Shown here: positions 1 to 13,106 of the stretch, one piece after another
Position numbering within the stretch: the stretch's first letter is position 1
Layout: each line of letters begins with the position of its first letter
From: Octopus sinensis
Taxonomy: Eukaryota
DNA: 26,314 bases
Reading direction: 5' to 3'
Assembly: GCF_006345805.1 (NCBI RefSeq)
Contig: NW_021835628.1
Coordinates: 1-26,314 of the forward strand
The notes under the pieces: model-generated
What the model was told of the DNA's origin: nothing
Database searches by the model: none
What the model saw: only the letters and a program-made list of their open reading frames with translations
Program-made: the position numbers and the translations under genes

Positions 1-602
1 AATAAAAGAAAAAATTAAGATGTGTTATACAAAACAAAGCGAAATCTATAAACGAAAGAATTATATAAAAAAAAATTAAGAATATAAACGTTTTTCCGAA
101 CAGCATATTTTCAAAACTTGGATTAAGAGTATAACGTGGACAAAGAACTAAACTGACATACATCATCTTGATTCTGAGAATAGCCATTCTTAAATAAAAA
201 CGAGCTGAAATAATTACTATTAAAAAAAAAAGAATTTAAAATTGAACAGGTAAAATATAAAAGAATAAAAATTTTTATTATTCCGTTGATAAATGCACCG
301 ACGATTTAAAAATAAGACTAATTTTCAAGAATATTTCCACTTAAAACAATGGTGAAGGAAGAAAATGGTTATTATTGTTGGTATTCGACTGGAATATGAA
401 GAAAACGGTTAACTTCCATTGACTCAAATACGCTCTGGTAAAAACTTTGACGTCCATATTGTGTCTTCGGCAATGAGAAACTATGGAAGGCAATAAGAAT
501 AAAAATTTGAAGTAATTCAATAAAAAAGACAATGAGATAAAATGTGGATGGAACTCAGTGAATAGTTTCTATCTTTACAGAGAATGTTGCAGAAAAAAGA
601 AT

Positions 603-1044
603 GTATATTTAGATATACATACATGTGTGTGTGTGTGTGTGTTGTGTGTGTGTGTGTGTGTGTGCGTGTGTGCGTGTGTGTGTGTGTGTGCGTGCGTGTA
701 TGAGCGTGCGTGTGTGTGAGAGAGAGAGAGAGAAAGAGAGAAAGTGTGTATGTGTGCATACTTATATAGTTGTGTGTGTATATATTATATATATATTATA
801 TATATATATACGTGTGTGTGTAAATATATACATTTATAGACGTATATATGTGTGTATGTATGTATGCTCAGTACACACACCGATATTACATGCATATATA
901 TATATATGTACAAATAGATATATATACAAATATATACATCTATCTATCTATATATACGTACATGCATAGACATATTCGTATGCACGTACGTAAGAACGTG
1001 TATGCATGTATGTATGTATGTATGTATGTATGTATGTATGTATG

Positions 1045-1075
<31 letters not shown>

Positions 1076-1088
1076 GTGTGTATATGTT
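603..1088. repeat. Compound microsatellite (GT)n/(GA)n/(TA)n/(TATG)n
   Basis: Directly visible; pure (TATG)n run at about 1007-1073. Explains the MCVCV/MYVC ORFs. Confidence 0.95.
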
Positions 1089-1129
1089 TGCTTGTACAAC
1101 TTTGTGTTCATGTTTGAAAATAAACATAA

Positions 1130-1300
1130 GAAATATGTACTATAGAAACTGTGTAAAGTTTGGGTCAACAAATAGATCATTCCAGGAGAAAATAAATAAC
1201 TACAACGTCAGATATACTGTTTCAAGGTTGTCCATCTTACGTAGAAATGTATTTGAAAAAAGACGAGATCTTCGCCATATAAACATAGGTGGAACTGAAT
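1130..1300 (+). pseudogene. Degenerate Penelope-like GIY-YIG endonuclease fragment
   Basis: Translation KFGSTNRSFQEKINNYN..SRLS, then after a frameshift SYV..LKK..IRW, follows the PLE endonuclease pattern YIGST-R-FKER-NNH..T-LS-YVW-LK..IKW (recalled consensus). Confidence 0.45.
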
Positions 1301-1408
1301 CTTTGTGTGTAGACTATATTGAACAAGGCGCTCCCCCCACACTCAACGCACATAATCAGCCATTTGTTAATAAGCTTGAACATACATATACATACACAAT
1401 TATATATA

Positions 1409-1446
<38 letters not shown>

Positions 1447-1453
1447 TATATAT

Positions 1454-1486
<33 letters not shown>

Positions 1487-1529
1487 CATAATAAATCTCT
1501 GAGCGAGAAATAAACACTAGCACACGTAA

Positions 1530-1692
1530 TCGTGAAGTATATTTGCCACCTAAATGTGGCGGACCCATAGGGGACGATGCTACTGTTGTTTATAGCCCAA
1601 GGAAGACATCTCGTCCAGCTGACACATTGTGTCGCTAGCCAGTTGGAGGATATGTCCTCCTGTAACATTTAGATTGCAAATATATTTCACGA
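1530..1692. mobile_element. About 163-bp TIR-bounded element (MITE-like)
   Basis: tcgtgaagtatatttgccacctaaatgt (1530-1557) is the reverse complement of 1665-1692 with 3 mismatches. Confidence 0.6.
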
Positions 1693-1969
1693 CATACATA
1701 TACATTCAAACATACACACACACACACATATATACATATATATATACATATATAGATATATTATATATGTATATATATTATATATATACATATATATGTA
1801 TATATAATATATATATACATATATATATATGTATATATATTATATATAATATATATTTATTATATAATAATATATATATATTATTATATATATATATACA
1901 TATATAAAATATATATTTACACACACACATATATACACATACACACACACACACACAATATACATATTA

Positions 1970-2000
<31 letters not shown>

Positions 2001-2022
2001 CTATATATATATATATATATAT
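1693..2022. repeat. (TA)n/(CA)n microsatellite
   Basis: Directly visible. Confidence 0.95.
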
Positions 2023-2029
2023 GAAGATA

Positions 2030-2124
2030 AATATTATTGACTGTGATTTCGAAGTTTCAGTCAGTTAAGCCATCATCGGACTGCAGTAATTGGCCGAAAA
2101 TTCGAAGTCCCTGTCAACAATATT
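2030..2124 (-). mobile_element. Short fold-back element with degenerate minimal hammerhead motif
   Basis: 38-bp inverted arms 2030-2067/2087-2124 (about 8 mismatches). Minus strand reads cagt-CCGATGA-t-ggct.taact.gact-GAAA-cttcgaaa-TC-acag. Confidence 0.65.
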
Positions 2125-2244
2125 CTTGGTCTAGAACAATAAATTTGTACTCCACAAAAGTAGAGAGTAGCCCATGAGATTAATGTAAAATTATTTTATC
2201 ATACCTGGACACAAAACACACACGCACACACACATACACACACA

Positions 2245-2275
<31 letters not shown>

Positions 2276-2699
2276 CAAGCACACACTTCCAGACATGGAC
2301 ATTAAACTCCTTCAATATATACATAAATGTGTTTGTGTGTGTGTATGTGTGTATGATTGCCTGTGCATGTGTGCGTGTGTGTTTGTGTGTGTGTGTAAGC
2401 AAAAGCAAATGGATGTGCGAGGCAAAACAAAATATCACATTTCCGCATGGTTACGTCCGTTTCACAATCTACTCTCGGTTGTGTCATTAACATCGATGCA
2501 CAGGTACAAGCATAGATTATACGATGTATACTCACATTATATACATGCATGCCTATATATATATATACGTACGTACATGCAAGCATGCATGTATATATAC
2601 ACATACATACATATTCTAGCGTAATCATACTTCCATATACAGTCGTACAAACCAAACAAGCCAAAACTATACACACACACACGTGTGTATATATTATAA

Positions 2700-2880
2700 T
2701 GGAATAATTACTCTGAAGCATTGTGTAGACTATACTGTATAAAGTATCGTGGAGGAGGCCACAAGAATGCGAAATAAATGCAAGGCAAATCACAAGAAAA
2801 CAAATATATGAATTAATGTAGACTTACCTGACATTAAATATTTCGGAGCTATGACCCCATTTTCAAGAAATTAACGTATG
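2700..2880 (-). mobile_element. Dispersed repeat, same family as 8580-8892 (probable PLE terminal-repeat fragment)
   Basis: Aligns end to end with 8580-8760. Minus strand has TTGAAAA-t-ggggt.cata.gctcc-GAAA-tatttaatg-TC. Confidence 0.75.
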
Positions 2881-3370
2881 TTGTTTAAATATCAAGGACT
2901 GAGAAAGAAACAGGCATATATATCCATGATTTAATGGGATGTATAACATGATTACTAATAACAAAATTCAATATCATAGTCTCATTCTGCGGAATTTAAC
3001 AATTGGTTTCATACCAAAAAGTTGAGATTCAATCGCGGCAATCGTCGGAAGTGACTGACAAGTCAAAGAGCCATTCTTATTATTGCCAGGGTTGATTCCC
3101 AACTTACTGTTATGCAGCCAACTAATAATTTGACTCTTTTGATATCAATTTTATTAATAGCACACTCACGCACACACACACTCATGAAGACACACACATA
3201 TAGATGTATGTATATATGTGTGTATGTGTGACTGCGTGTATGTGTTTGTGTGTATGTGTGTGTCCTTAGAACATTCTTTCAAATAAAACATCCGTGTACC
3301 ATGCACACACGCTTAATACGTATCTGTGTGTGTGTATCTATATATATACGTGTGTGTGTGTATATGTGTT

Positions 3371-3409
<39 letters not shown>

Positions 3410-3439
3410 GGTACTGAGCAAATTCAAATACTACAAATA

Positions 3440-3690
3440 TATACTTGTCTCTCCCCTATGTAAGTTATTGAAGCGGTGAAAAATACCTAGAAGTTATTCT
3501 TATGTAAAGAATTCCTTCTCAATATAAAGCAATGAAGAACCTGTACACTTTTTGAAAGTCTGAGGAACGCCTTTTTTCAAAAAGGTGCTTGTCATTCTAT
3601 AACCAACAAAATAAAAAAGAAAATAATAGAAAATATTGGACAGAAGAGAAAAAAAACTTACATTATAACTTAATAATTAAGCACCATGAG
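3440..3690 (+). pseudogene. Possible highly decayed Penelope-like GIY-YIG fragment
   Basis: IYLSLPYVS at about 3440, then in-frame KGACHSIT...ENIGQ (3581-3643). The H (cat) and N (aat) codons are each one change from the Tyr of GxxY and YIG. Confidence 0.3.
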
Positions 3691-4077
3691 TTGTTTCCTG
3701 AAAAATGCTTATAGGTGTTAATTTTTTCGAAGTTTTCAATGTTTATTGTTTTGCCCTTATTTTCATTGATTAACCCTAAATAATTCCCCTACTATTTTGA
3801 ATTACACACTACAAAGATCCATAGTACAATGATCCACTGTACATCGAAAATATATGAGACTAACCTCGGACCTACATAATATATATGCTACCACCAATGC
3901 GCACATCATTCGGAATTAAAGGGAAGCAAAGATACTTCCTTCTCTTCTCATATATGGGAGCTTAAAAAAATGTTCACACTCACACATACATACATCATTC
4001 GAGAGGAATGGAGTATCATCTATCGAGGCAGAGTGTATTATGACAGCAAGCCACCCTTACTATATATATATATATAT

Positions 4078-4134
<57 letters not shown>

Positions 4135-4849
4135 TTGAAACCTATGAAACTGCTTACGCATGAAATAGTACTTTAAAGAATATTCAACAGAATATATCTT
4201 ATTGCAAGATACTTCATGAAGCTTATACATTTTTAAATTTATATAAATATATTATACCCACAATATAAGCAAACTAATGACATATGGGATGATAGCACAT
4301 CCAGTTATCTCATTTAGCTACAATTAAACTCTAGACATTAGCACTTTTTGGTAAAATGAATAATACTTCAAACATCCCATCTATGAAAATAAGCCTTCAT
4401 CCTTCATATACAGATATCCACGTCACACGACCAAGCACAAACGTGAACATCGATTGACTTGCACGTGGGAGAACTGTACGGTATGACGGTATCCGAAGTA
4501 AAGAGACATTAACGCAGAATTTGCGGAAATAGATGTCAGTGTATAAAGCACACCAGTAAGCAAAAGAATTACATACATTAGCGCCCATTATATATATATA
4601 TATATATATTCTTTTGATATTATTTGTGCTAAGGCCATAGCATTGGCCATATTGCATTTATTCAACGTCCCCTTTAATATCGTTTGAAATATCAACTTTG
4701 GTAATTCTCCACAATGCAAGTCCCCGTGTTAGAACAAATATACGTTTAACCAATGAAAAATAAGAACAATACTTTGTAAATATTGAAACTTAGAAAAAGA
4801 ACACATTCGAAAAAATACCCATGATCATTCATTGCCATTTAATTCTAAC

Positions 4850-5233
4850 ATATATATATATATATATATATACATGCATATATATATATATATACACACA
4901 CATATATATATATATATATATATGTACATATGTATATATATTTACATATATATACATACGTAGAAGCACATTTGCACAGACATACATACATATATGTTTA
5001 TATATGTTTATATATGTATGTGCATATATACATATACATATATATGTGTGTGTGTGTGTACGTATATTATATATAGTATATATATATATATATATACGTA
5101 TATATATACATATATATATATATTAAGGTATGTAGAAAAATACAACATGGACAAGAACGTATAACTCTTAGAAGACGATACAATAAACATGGACAGGACA
5201 TTCGAACCCCTATATATATATATATATACGTAT

Positions 5234-5267
<34 letters not shown>

Positions 5268-5305
5268 ATATACATACATACATATGTGTGTGTGTGTGTG
5301 TACGT
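4850..5305. repeat. (TA)n/(CATA)n/(GT)n microsatellite with an 80-bp embedded non-simple segment (about 5125-5210)
   Basis: Directly visible. Confidence 0.9.
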
Positions 5306-6694
5306 ATGGGTCTCATTGTATGTACATTTGCGTGAGTGGGTTTATTTTGGTAAATATATATATATAAGTAGAAATATATTTGAAAACTTCGCTATTTAAG
5401 TATGAATACAAGATTTTTTTTTTGCTGTTCTTAACGCAAATTGAAGTAAAATTACCAGCTCTGAGATTCGAGCTTGGTGGCAGGGTCATGTAGCATAAAT
5501 TTTTACTTGTATCTTACAACAGTCTCGTTAGATTGTGAAATAAAGATGAATGTAGTAAACTCCAGTAAATGACATGTATTCATGCTTGGAAAAAGTAAAC
5601 AGAAAAAAAAATCACAAAATATACTAATAGTTTAAAATGGAAACTATGTCGGTTGCAGAAATGTATGGTAGGCTTGAAGGAATATCTTATGTATAAATGT
5701 AATTTTTTTTAAAAAAGAGTGAGCACCTACGGGAAAAAATTCCAAGGAAAAAGATCAACGATATTTTAAAATTGATAAAGAGATTCTTCGAAGGAAACAT
5801 TTAAGAAAAAAGATTATCAATAAAATCAGAAATGTGTGGGTGGTACAAAGCATACAACGTCACGATGCTGTCATTTATGATGTACCTTAAAATAAATATG
5901 GAACAAAACGGTTTTGCACTCAGCGGTTATGTCTATTTTCGGGAGAATGGAAATGGAAGTAGAGATATGCATGGCTTTCCCCAGGGTGTTGGTGATGTGA
6001 TACGATCAATTCCTATTGAACTTCGATTGGATTTTAATTCGATCTGCTACGGACACATCACCATACATGATCCATAAGGTTCGCGACAACAACTATAGCA
6101 ATATGGCGGTAAAGACAACACGAAATGGACTGAAATGAACTAAAATATTTATTCGAATAAACTAAAGTTAGTAGTAGTGGTGGTGGAATAGAAGTGGTAG
6201 TAGTCAACATATTTGTAGTAATAACTACAATATTAGAGGCTAACATGAAGCTAACAACTCTAACAAATGGAGCAGAATTTAAACATCGATAACTATACAC
6301 ACGCACACACACATATATACATATATATATGTTTGTGTATATATATATACACACACACAAATATATATATATATATACAAATATTGATATATGTATATAT
6401 ATATATGTATGTAATGTATACCTATTGATATGTATATGTATACACACTTATATATGTATTTTTGTATGTATATGATGTCTGTATAAGCATTTCGTAAAAG
6501 AAACACAACGTATGATGACATCAACAGTGAATCAGTGAATATCTCACATACAAGAGCATAATTACCAGATCGTATGGCAATGAATATTACAGAATGATGA
6601 TTCTTCCAATGTTCACGGCGGCCGAGACACAATAAACAACTTGATTTTAAGATATACCGAATAATTAATCCCGTGAAAAACCAAAAAGCCAGGA

Positions 6695-6845
<151 letters not shown>

Positions 6846-7176
6846 TGCAGTTTGTTTTTCATCGGACGGATCACGAGGGTAACCTTATCTATTATATGAA
6901 TAGTATGTGTTATGTGTTTCCCCTTCCGTCCTGGAATTGTAATATATTTATAAACATACAATATAAATATATATATATATACATGCAGAGGGGGAAAGAG
7001 GAATATGCAATGAATTGACTCAAGCTAATCTTTAAAGCAATGACTATCTAGAAAATTCTTCGGGAATGGAATTTAAGAGACAAAAATTAATATTATGAAA
7101 AAAAAAAAACCCTGCATAATCCACATTGTAAAGTCGTCAACTCTCAATGAATCACTGCACAACAAACAGTTGACAG

Positions 7177-7240
7177 CATATATACATATATACATATATA
7201 CATATATATATATATACATATGTATATATATTATATATAT

Positions 7241-7282
<42 letters not shown>

Positions 7283-7387
7283 TATATAATATATTATACA
7301 TATATACATACATACATATATATATATATATAATATATATATATTATATATATATATATATATATTATATATGTATGTATATATATA
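7177..7387. repeat. (TA)n microsatellite
   Basis: Directly visible. Confidence 0.95.
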
Positions 7388-8072
7388 AAAATAATAATAG
7401 AAGAAACGAATATTGCGTTACCTCGTCTTTGTTTTTTTAATTTTTTTTTTATTTTTCAGCCATTCCACTGTTTCTGTGTTCCTTAGTTCAAATATGATAA
7501 TAACCCCCTTTCTGTAATATCTATTTTCCCTTCTTTCTTTCTTTCTTTTTTTTTCCTTGCTGCTGGTAAAAGACTTCAAAGAAAACGAAAAGTCCTTACA
7601 TTTATTATGGGTTTGTTAATTTTCAATTTAAGGGTCTGTTATAATATTTAAAAAGCTATGTGAAATCTCTTGATAAAATAATAATTATAAGTAAAATGGT
7701 AAAAAAAAACATGAAAACATTTCTTGCATTTTTCTTTTGACTGTTGTTTTTGTTTTATATTCTTTTTTTTAACCAGGACGATCACTTATGCATCGTCGAT
7801 GTCTTTGACCAACGAAATAATTAAACACCTCATATGCAACAAGATTAATCAATTGTGTTTGCCGTACCCTGATGTATTTTGGTAAAAAATTGGATATTTT
7901 CTTCCCGAGAAGAAACGTCAGTAGTCACAGACATATACGAAGTGCGTCCATCTACACGAAACAGCAGCTTAGTCTCCTTCAATTCAAGCCCTGCCGACTG
8001 TTTACAGAAAAGTATCAGATTCTTGAGTTATTCAGTTTTGTCATCCACAATCCAGTCGTCTCACAGCTTACT

Positions 8073-8133
<61 letters not shown>

Positions 8134-8191
8134 AACTTAAAGATATTAAACTCTTTCGTTTTCAAAATATTATCGACCATTTACATATATA

Positions 8192-8416
8192 CGAGGGGTG
8201 CTGAAAAGTTCCTGGCTTTAAGGGTATCGCGAAAGGCTCGTTTGGAGGCCAAACTTTCCGAGTTCCTTTAAGAGCTTAGGAATACTGAAGGACCGCTGCA
8301 ATAAGTGCGTGAATCTGAGGGTGGAATATGTTGAATAATATTATAATTAACGGATGCTTAACTGATGCTCCTGTATTTTCTTTTACCCAAAGCCAGTAAC
8401 TTTTCAGCAACCCCTC
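8192..8416 (+). mobile_element. Mariner-derived MITE (about 225 bp)
   Basis: TIRs (ta)cgaggggtgctgaaaagttcctggcttt and aaagccagtaacttttcagcaacccctc. Retains a transposase C-terminus LKDRCNKCVNLRVEYVE*. Confidence 0.85.
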
Positions 8417-8420
8417 TTTT

Positions 8421-9329
<909 letters not shown>

Positions 9330-9644
9330 CATATTTAAACATTCTTTCATTTTTCTTTTCCGTTTTAGTCCGTTTTTCCATGCTTAACATTTCTGAGACT
9401 AGCCCTTATTCCCTTTTCTATGTAAAGGATAACATATTTCATTCGTCCTCGAGACAGGGCGTTGTACACGTGAAGTTTTCAAAGACACCGATTTCATTTT
9501 TGAATTGAAATTATTCAATGTTATTTAATTTATAAAGCCTGGCTTAATAAAACAATAAACGTTGCATAAAGATTAGACCACAATTTAATTACAAGAAGAG
9601 AAAGTAAAGGGGGGAAAAGCGGCGATTAAGCCACGGAAGATATA

Positions 9645-9776
9645 TTTCTTTACTACCCACAGGGGGCTAAACACAGAGGTGACACACAAGGACAGACAAA
9701 CGGATTAAGTCGATTACATCGACCCCAGAGCATAACTGGTACTTAATTTATCGACCCCGAAAGGATGAAAGGCAAA
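9645..9776 (-). mobile_element. 5'-truncated SINE family A copy
   Basis: Reverse complement reads tttgcctttcatcctttcggggtcgataaattaagtaccag...gggtagtaaagaaat, as in the plus-strand copies. Confidence 0.9.
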
Positions 9777-10317
9777 AGGGGATGGAATACACCCCAGAAC
9801 AAATGGCGTGTTCAGCCAGAACCTGCGGACATGACCGCGATGTCGTTGCCGCGGAGAATGGTTAACGACATTCGCTGCAGCAGCTACGCTACCTTGCAGA
9901 GCTCATTTCTCGGACGGGCCGCAGCTTTCTCGATTTTTGGGGAGGCAATTGACAGGGTGGCATTTGAGAACATCTTAATTTCAACAAATGAATTTTAAAC
10001 TAAAATAGGTTGTTTTTTTTTAATTATTTTTATTGCTTAACTTCAAATCCGTTTTGATCGAACAGATCTGTGATTAGAGTTGTTTCGATCATGACCGTCC
10101 CACTCCCATTTCACTTTATTTTGTCGGCTAAGTGTATCTAGGAGTACGTTATCTTCCGATGTATGAGGCGGTGAGATGTGATATGGAGAAATCTCGTGCT
10201 TGATGACACGAAACAGGAAGTTCTGTATCAATTGTAGTAAAATGTATCAAGATTGTTTAAGATGAACTTTTCTTCACGGAATGTAGTGTTATTGTTACTG
10301 AGAAACTAACATCACTA

Positions 10318-11204
10318 CGAGGTGTTATCAAAAGGTTCCCGGATTTTTTTATAGCGCGCCAACAGATGGCAACACACGGTTGCGTGTGCAGTGAGAGCTA
10401 GCTGTGACCTTCATAAGGTAGTGTGCGGAGTGATATCACTGCGATTACTTCGCAAGTTCTAAAATTTGTGTTTTTGTGATCACGTGTATGCTGTAATCTG
10501 CGATTTTGTCATGGACAGGGACAAAGGGTCAGCGTGAAATTTTGCGTTAAACTTGGAGAGTTTGCTACAAAGACATTGAGCATGATTCGGCTACGAGGCA
10601 ATGGGTCGTATACAATGTTCCTATTGACACCGGCGCTCCAAAAGCGGAAGAACATCCTTGATAGACGATGAGCGATCTGGAAAACTTGCCACGAGCGTCA
10701 GCCCCGGAAATGTGGTCTCGTGCATCGAGAATTCGTCCCCCGGGCCAGACCGTCAATCGAGAGAGTTCTACTGCGAGATTTTGAGGCTTCGAGGGATGAT
10801 ATTTGGCGAAAGCGACCGGATCTGTGGAGCGCGAAAAATTGGATACTTCACTGAGCTCTATTCACTCGTGAGTTTCTCGCCAAAAACAACATGGTATCGC
10901 TTCGGCACCCGCCCTATTTGCCAGATTTAACACCCGCGGACTTCAATCAATTCCCTTATATGAAAATGCAACTTAAAGGTTGCCGTTTTAATACAGTTGT
11001 CAAGATGCGGAGAGAATCACAAAAGATTCTCGACTCGCTTACGGAAAACGACTTCCAGGTCGGATTCCAACAGTGGCAGCAACGCTGACACCAGTGTATT
11101 GCTGCGCAAGGGTACTATTTCGAAGGGGATGATGTTAAAACTGAGATAAATAAGTTATTTTTTATTAAACATAACAGGTCCGGGAACCTTTTTATACCAC
11201 CTCG
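10318..11204 (+). mobile_element. Internally deleted mariner transposon with transposase pseudogene
   Basis: TIRs cgaggtgttatcaaaaggttcccgga at both ends (2 mismatches) and TA TSD at 10316-17/11205-06. Fragments QRVSVKFCVKLG, GRTSLIDDERSG, VHREFVPPGQTVN and HPPYLPDLTPADF (YSPDLAPSD motif); frameshifted, WVPHEL and first-Asp region missing. Confidence 0.93.
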
Positions 11205-11226
11205 TATAATGAACATCCTCAATCTA

Positions 11227-12803
11227 GTGGTGGGCTGGCACAATAGTTAGCACACTGGGCGAAATGCCTAGCGGTATTTCGCCTGCAGCTACGTTCTGAG
11301 TTCAAATTCCGCCGAAGTCGACTTTGCTTTTCATCCTTCCGGGGTCGGTAAATGAAATACCAGTGAAACACTGGGATCGATGTAATCGACTATCCCTCAC
11401 TACACACACACATACACACACACACGTACCCAAATTTCAGGCCTTGTGCCTATAATAGAAAAGAATTTTTTGCACGCCAGCCGAAATGCTTAGAGGCATT
11501 TCATTACGTTCCAAGTTCATATTCTGCCGAGGTCGACTTTGCCTTTCATCTTTTGGCGTCAATGAAATAAATACCAGTTATGTCCTGGAGGTCGATGTGA
11601 TCGACTAGCCCTCTCCCCATAAATTTCAGGCCTTGAACGTACAGTAGAAAGGATTATTACAAATTTACTCGATCTAGTGATGAGCTGAGAGAACCGTTAG
11701 CATGCCGGACAAAATGCTTAACGGTATTTCGTCCGTTTTAACGTTCAGAGTTCAAATTCTTCTGAATCAACTTTGCCTTTCTTCCTTTTGGGGTTGATAA
11801 AAAAAGTACCGGTTGAACACTGGGACAGATGTAATCGACTTTCTCTCATACCCGAAATTCCTGGCCTTGTGCTAAAATTTGAAAGCATTATTATAAACTT
11901 GCAAAAGGTGGCGAGCTGGCAGAATAGTTAACAGGCCGGGCGAAATGTTTAGCGGTATTTTGTCTGCCGTTACGTTCTGAGTTCAAATTCCGCCGAGGTC
12001 AACTTTGCCTTTCATCCTTTCGGGGTCGATAAATTAAGTACCAGTGAAACACTGGGGTCGATGTAATCGACTAGTCCTCTCCCCCATAATTTCAGGCCTT
12101 GTGCCTATAGTAGAAACGATTATAAACTTGCACGGTCTATCAGTGAAATTGCACAATTGTTAGAGCATCGGCAAGAAATAGTGACTCATGATGTTCTGAG
12201 ATCAAATTCTGCGAAGGTCGACTTCGCCCTTCATTATTTCGAAGAGATGGGAGCGATAAAAGAAGTAGCAGCCAAGTACTGAGGTTAATGTACAGTAATC
12301 CCTCGACTATCGCGGGTGTTACGTTCCAATACACCACTCGATAAGTGAAAGTCCGCGAAATAGAAACAGTACTGTATAGTATTTTTTTTATTGTTTTTAT
12401 AATTTGTATATATTTTTTTTTATAAATGTAAAACACCACGGTGGAATCAACGTAAGCTTAGATAATAAACCGCGATAGGTAAACCGCGATAGGTGAACCT
12501 CGATAGGTGAACCGTGATATGGCGAGGGGTTACTGTAATCGACTTGCCTTTCTTCTCTCGAAAGTTCTGACGTTTTACCAAAATTAGATTTATTTGAAAC
12601 TTTGTGGAACTTGTAGGAATAATTCTTGACGGTATTTCTTCCAACTCATTACGTTCTGATTTCGAATTCCGCTGAGGTTTCCTCCGCCTTTCATCTTCTC
12701 GGGCCGATAAAAAAAATACCAGTCAAGTATTGGAATCGATATAATCGATTTACCATCTCCTCCTTTCAAGTTGCCGGCTTTGTATCGAAATTCGAAAGAA
12801 TTA
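11227..12803 (+). mobile_element. Cluster of six head-to-tail tRNA-derived SINE family A copies (about 11227, 11472, 11677, 11907, 12157, 12625)
   Basis: Each has B box gagttcaaattc followed by gaggtcgactttgcctttcatcctttcggggtcgataaa..aagtaccag (resembles the Meta/Sauria-type SINE central domain, from memory). A 14-bp TSD attataaacttgca (11890-11903/12119-12132) flanks the fourth copy. Confidence 0.92.
12293..12535. mobile_element. Pogo/Tigger-type MITE (243 bp) nested in a SINE
   Basis: TIR cagtaatccctcg / cgaggggttactg (1 mismatch), TA TSD on both sides. Removing it restores the SINE motif atgTAatcgact. Confidence 0.9.
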
Positions 12804-12915
12804 TTTTAAACTTTTATTTTGTTTTGAGGTTTTTCTTTTGTTTTTCACTAAACTACAAAAAAATTTATATGTTTTCAAAGGCGAATAAGCATCGACAGCT
12901 AGCAGACCATGCTAC

Positions 12916-12958
12916 TCCAGACTGATGATTAGCTATGACTCTGAAATTAGTCTCTGGA
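12916..12958 (+). ncRNA. Minimal type I hammerhead ribozyme motif (PLE-type), weak stem II
   Basis: tccaga-CTGATGA-ttagctatgactct-GAAA-ttag-TC-tctgga: perfect 6-bp stem I, canonical core, GUC site at 12950-12952, near-palindromic stem III. Confidence 0.7.
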
Positions 12959-13106
12959 TACTGGCTTTGTTGGATGGAGGTGCTTATCTCCACTTTGAAA
13001 ATATAAGGACACAGGAAATGTGTGAAGGTCAACTGGCGGCGCGTTGTTTCATACGGGGCGCCCGGGGTATGGTGGGCGCAAACAAAATGGCTCCACACTC
13101 GGGACA

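Noticed and set aside
5832-6077. 81-aa non-repetitive ORF
   Set aside because: No recognisable motif or splice support; length is within chance.
10200-10225. TTGATGA-cac-GAAAC hammerhead-like string
   Set aside because: No room for stem II and no stem I.
11907-11995. tRNA genes suggested by A and B boxes
   Set aside because: No cloverleaf; these are SINE heads.
12933-12942. ctatgactct resembling the 28S R2 target region
   Set aside because: Only 10 bp, in the wrong order relative to the 28S-like fragment, and inside the HHR motif.
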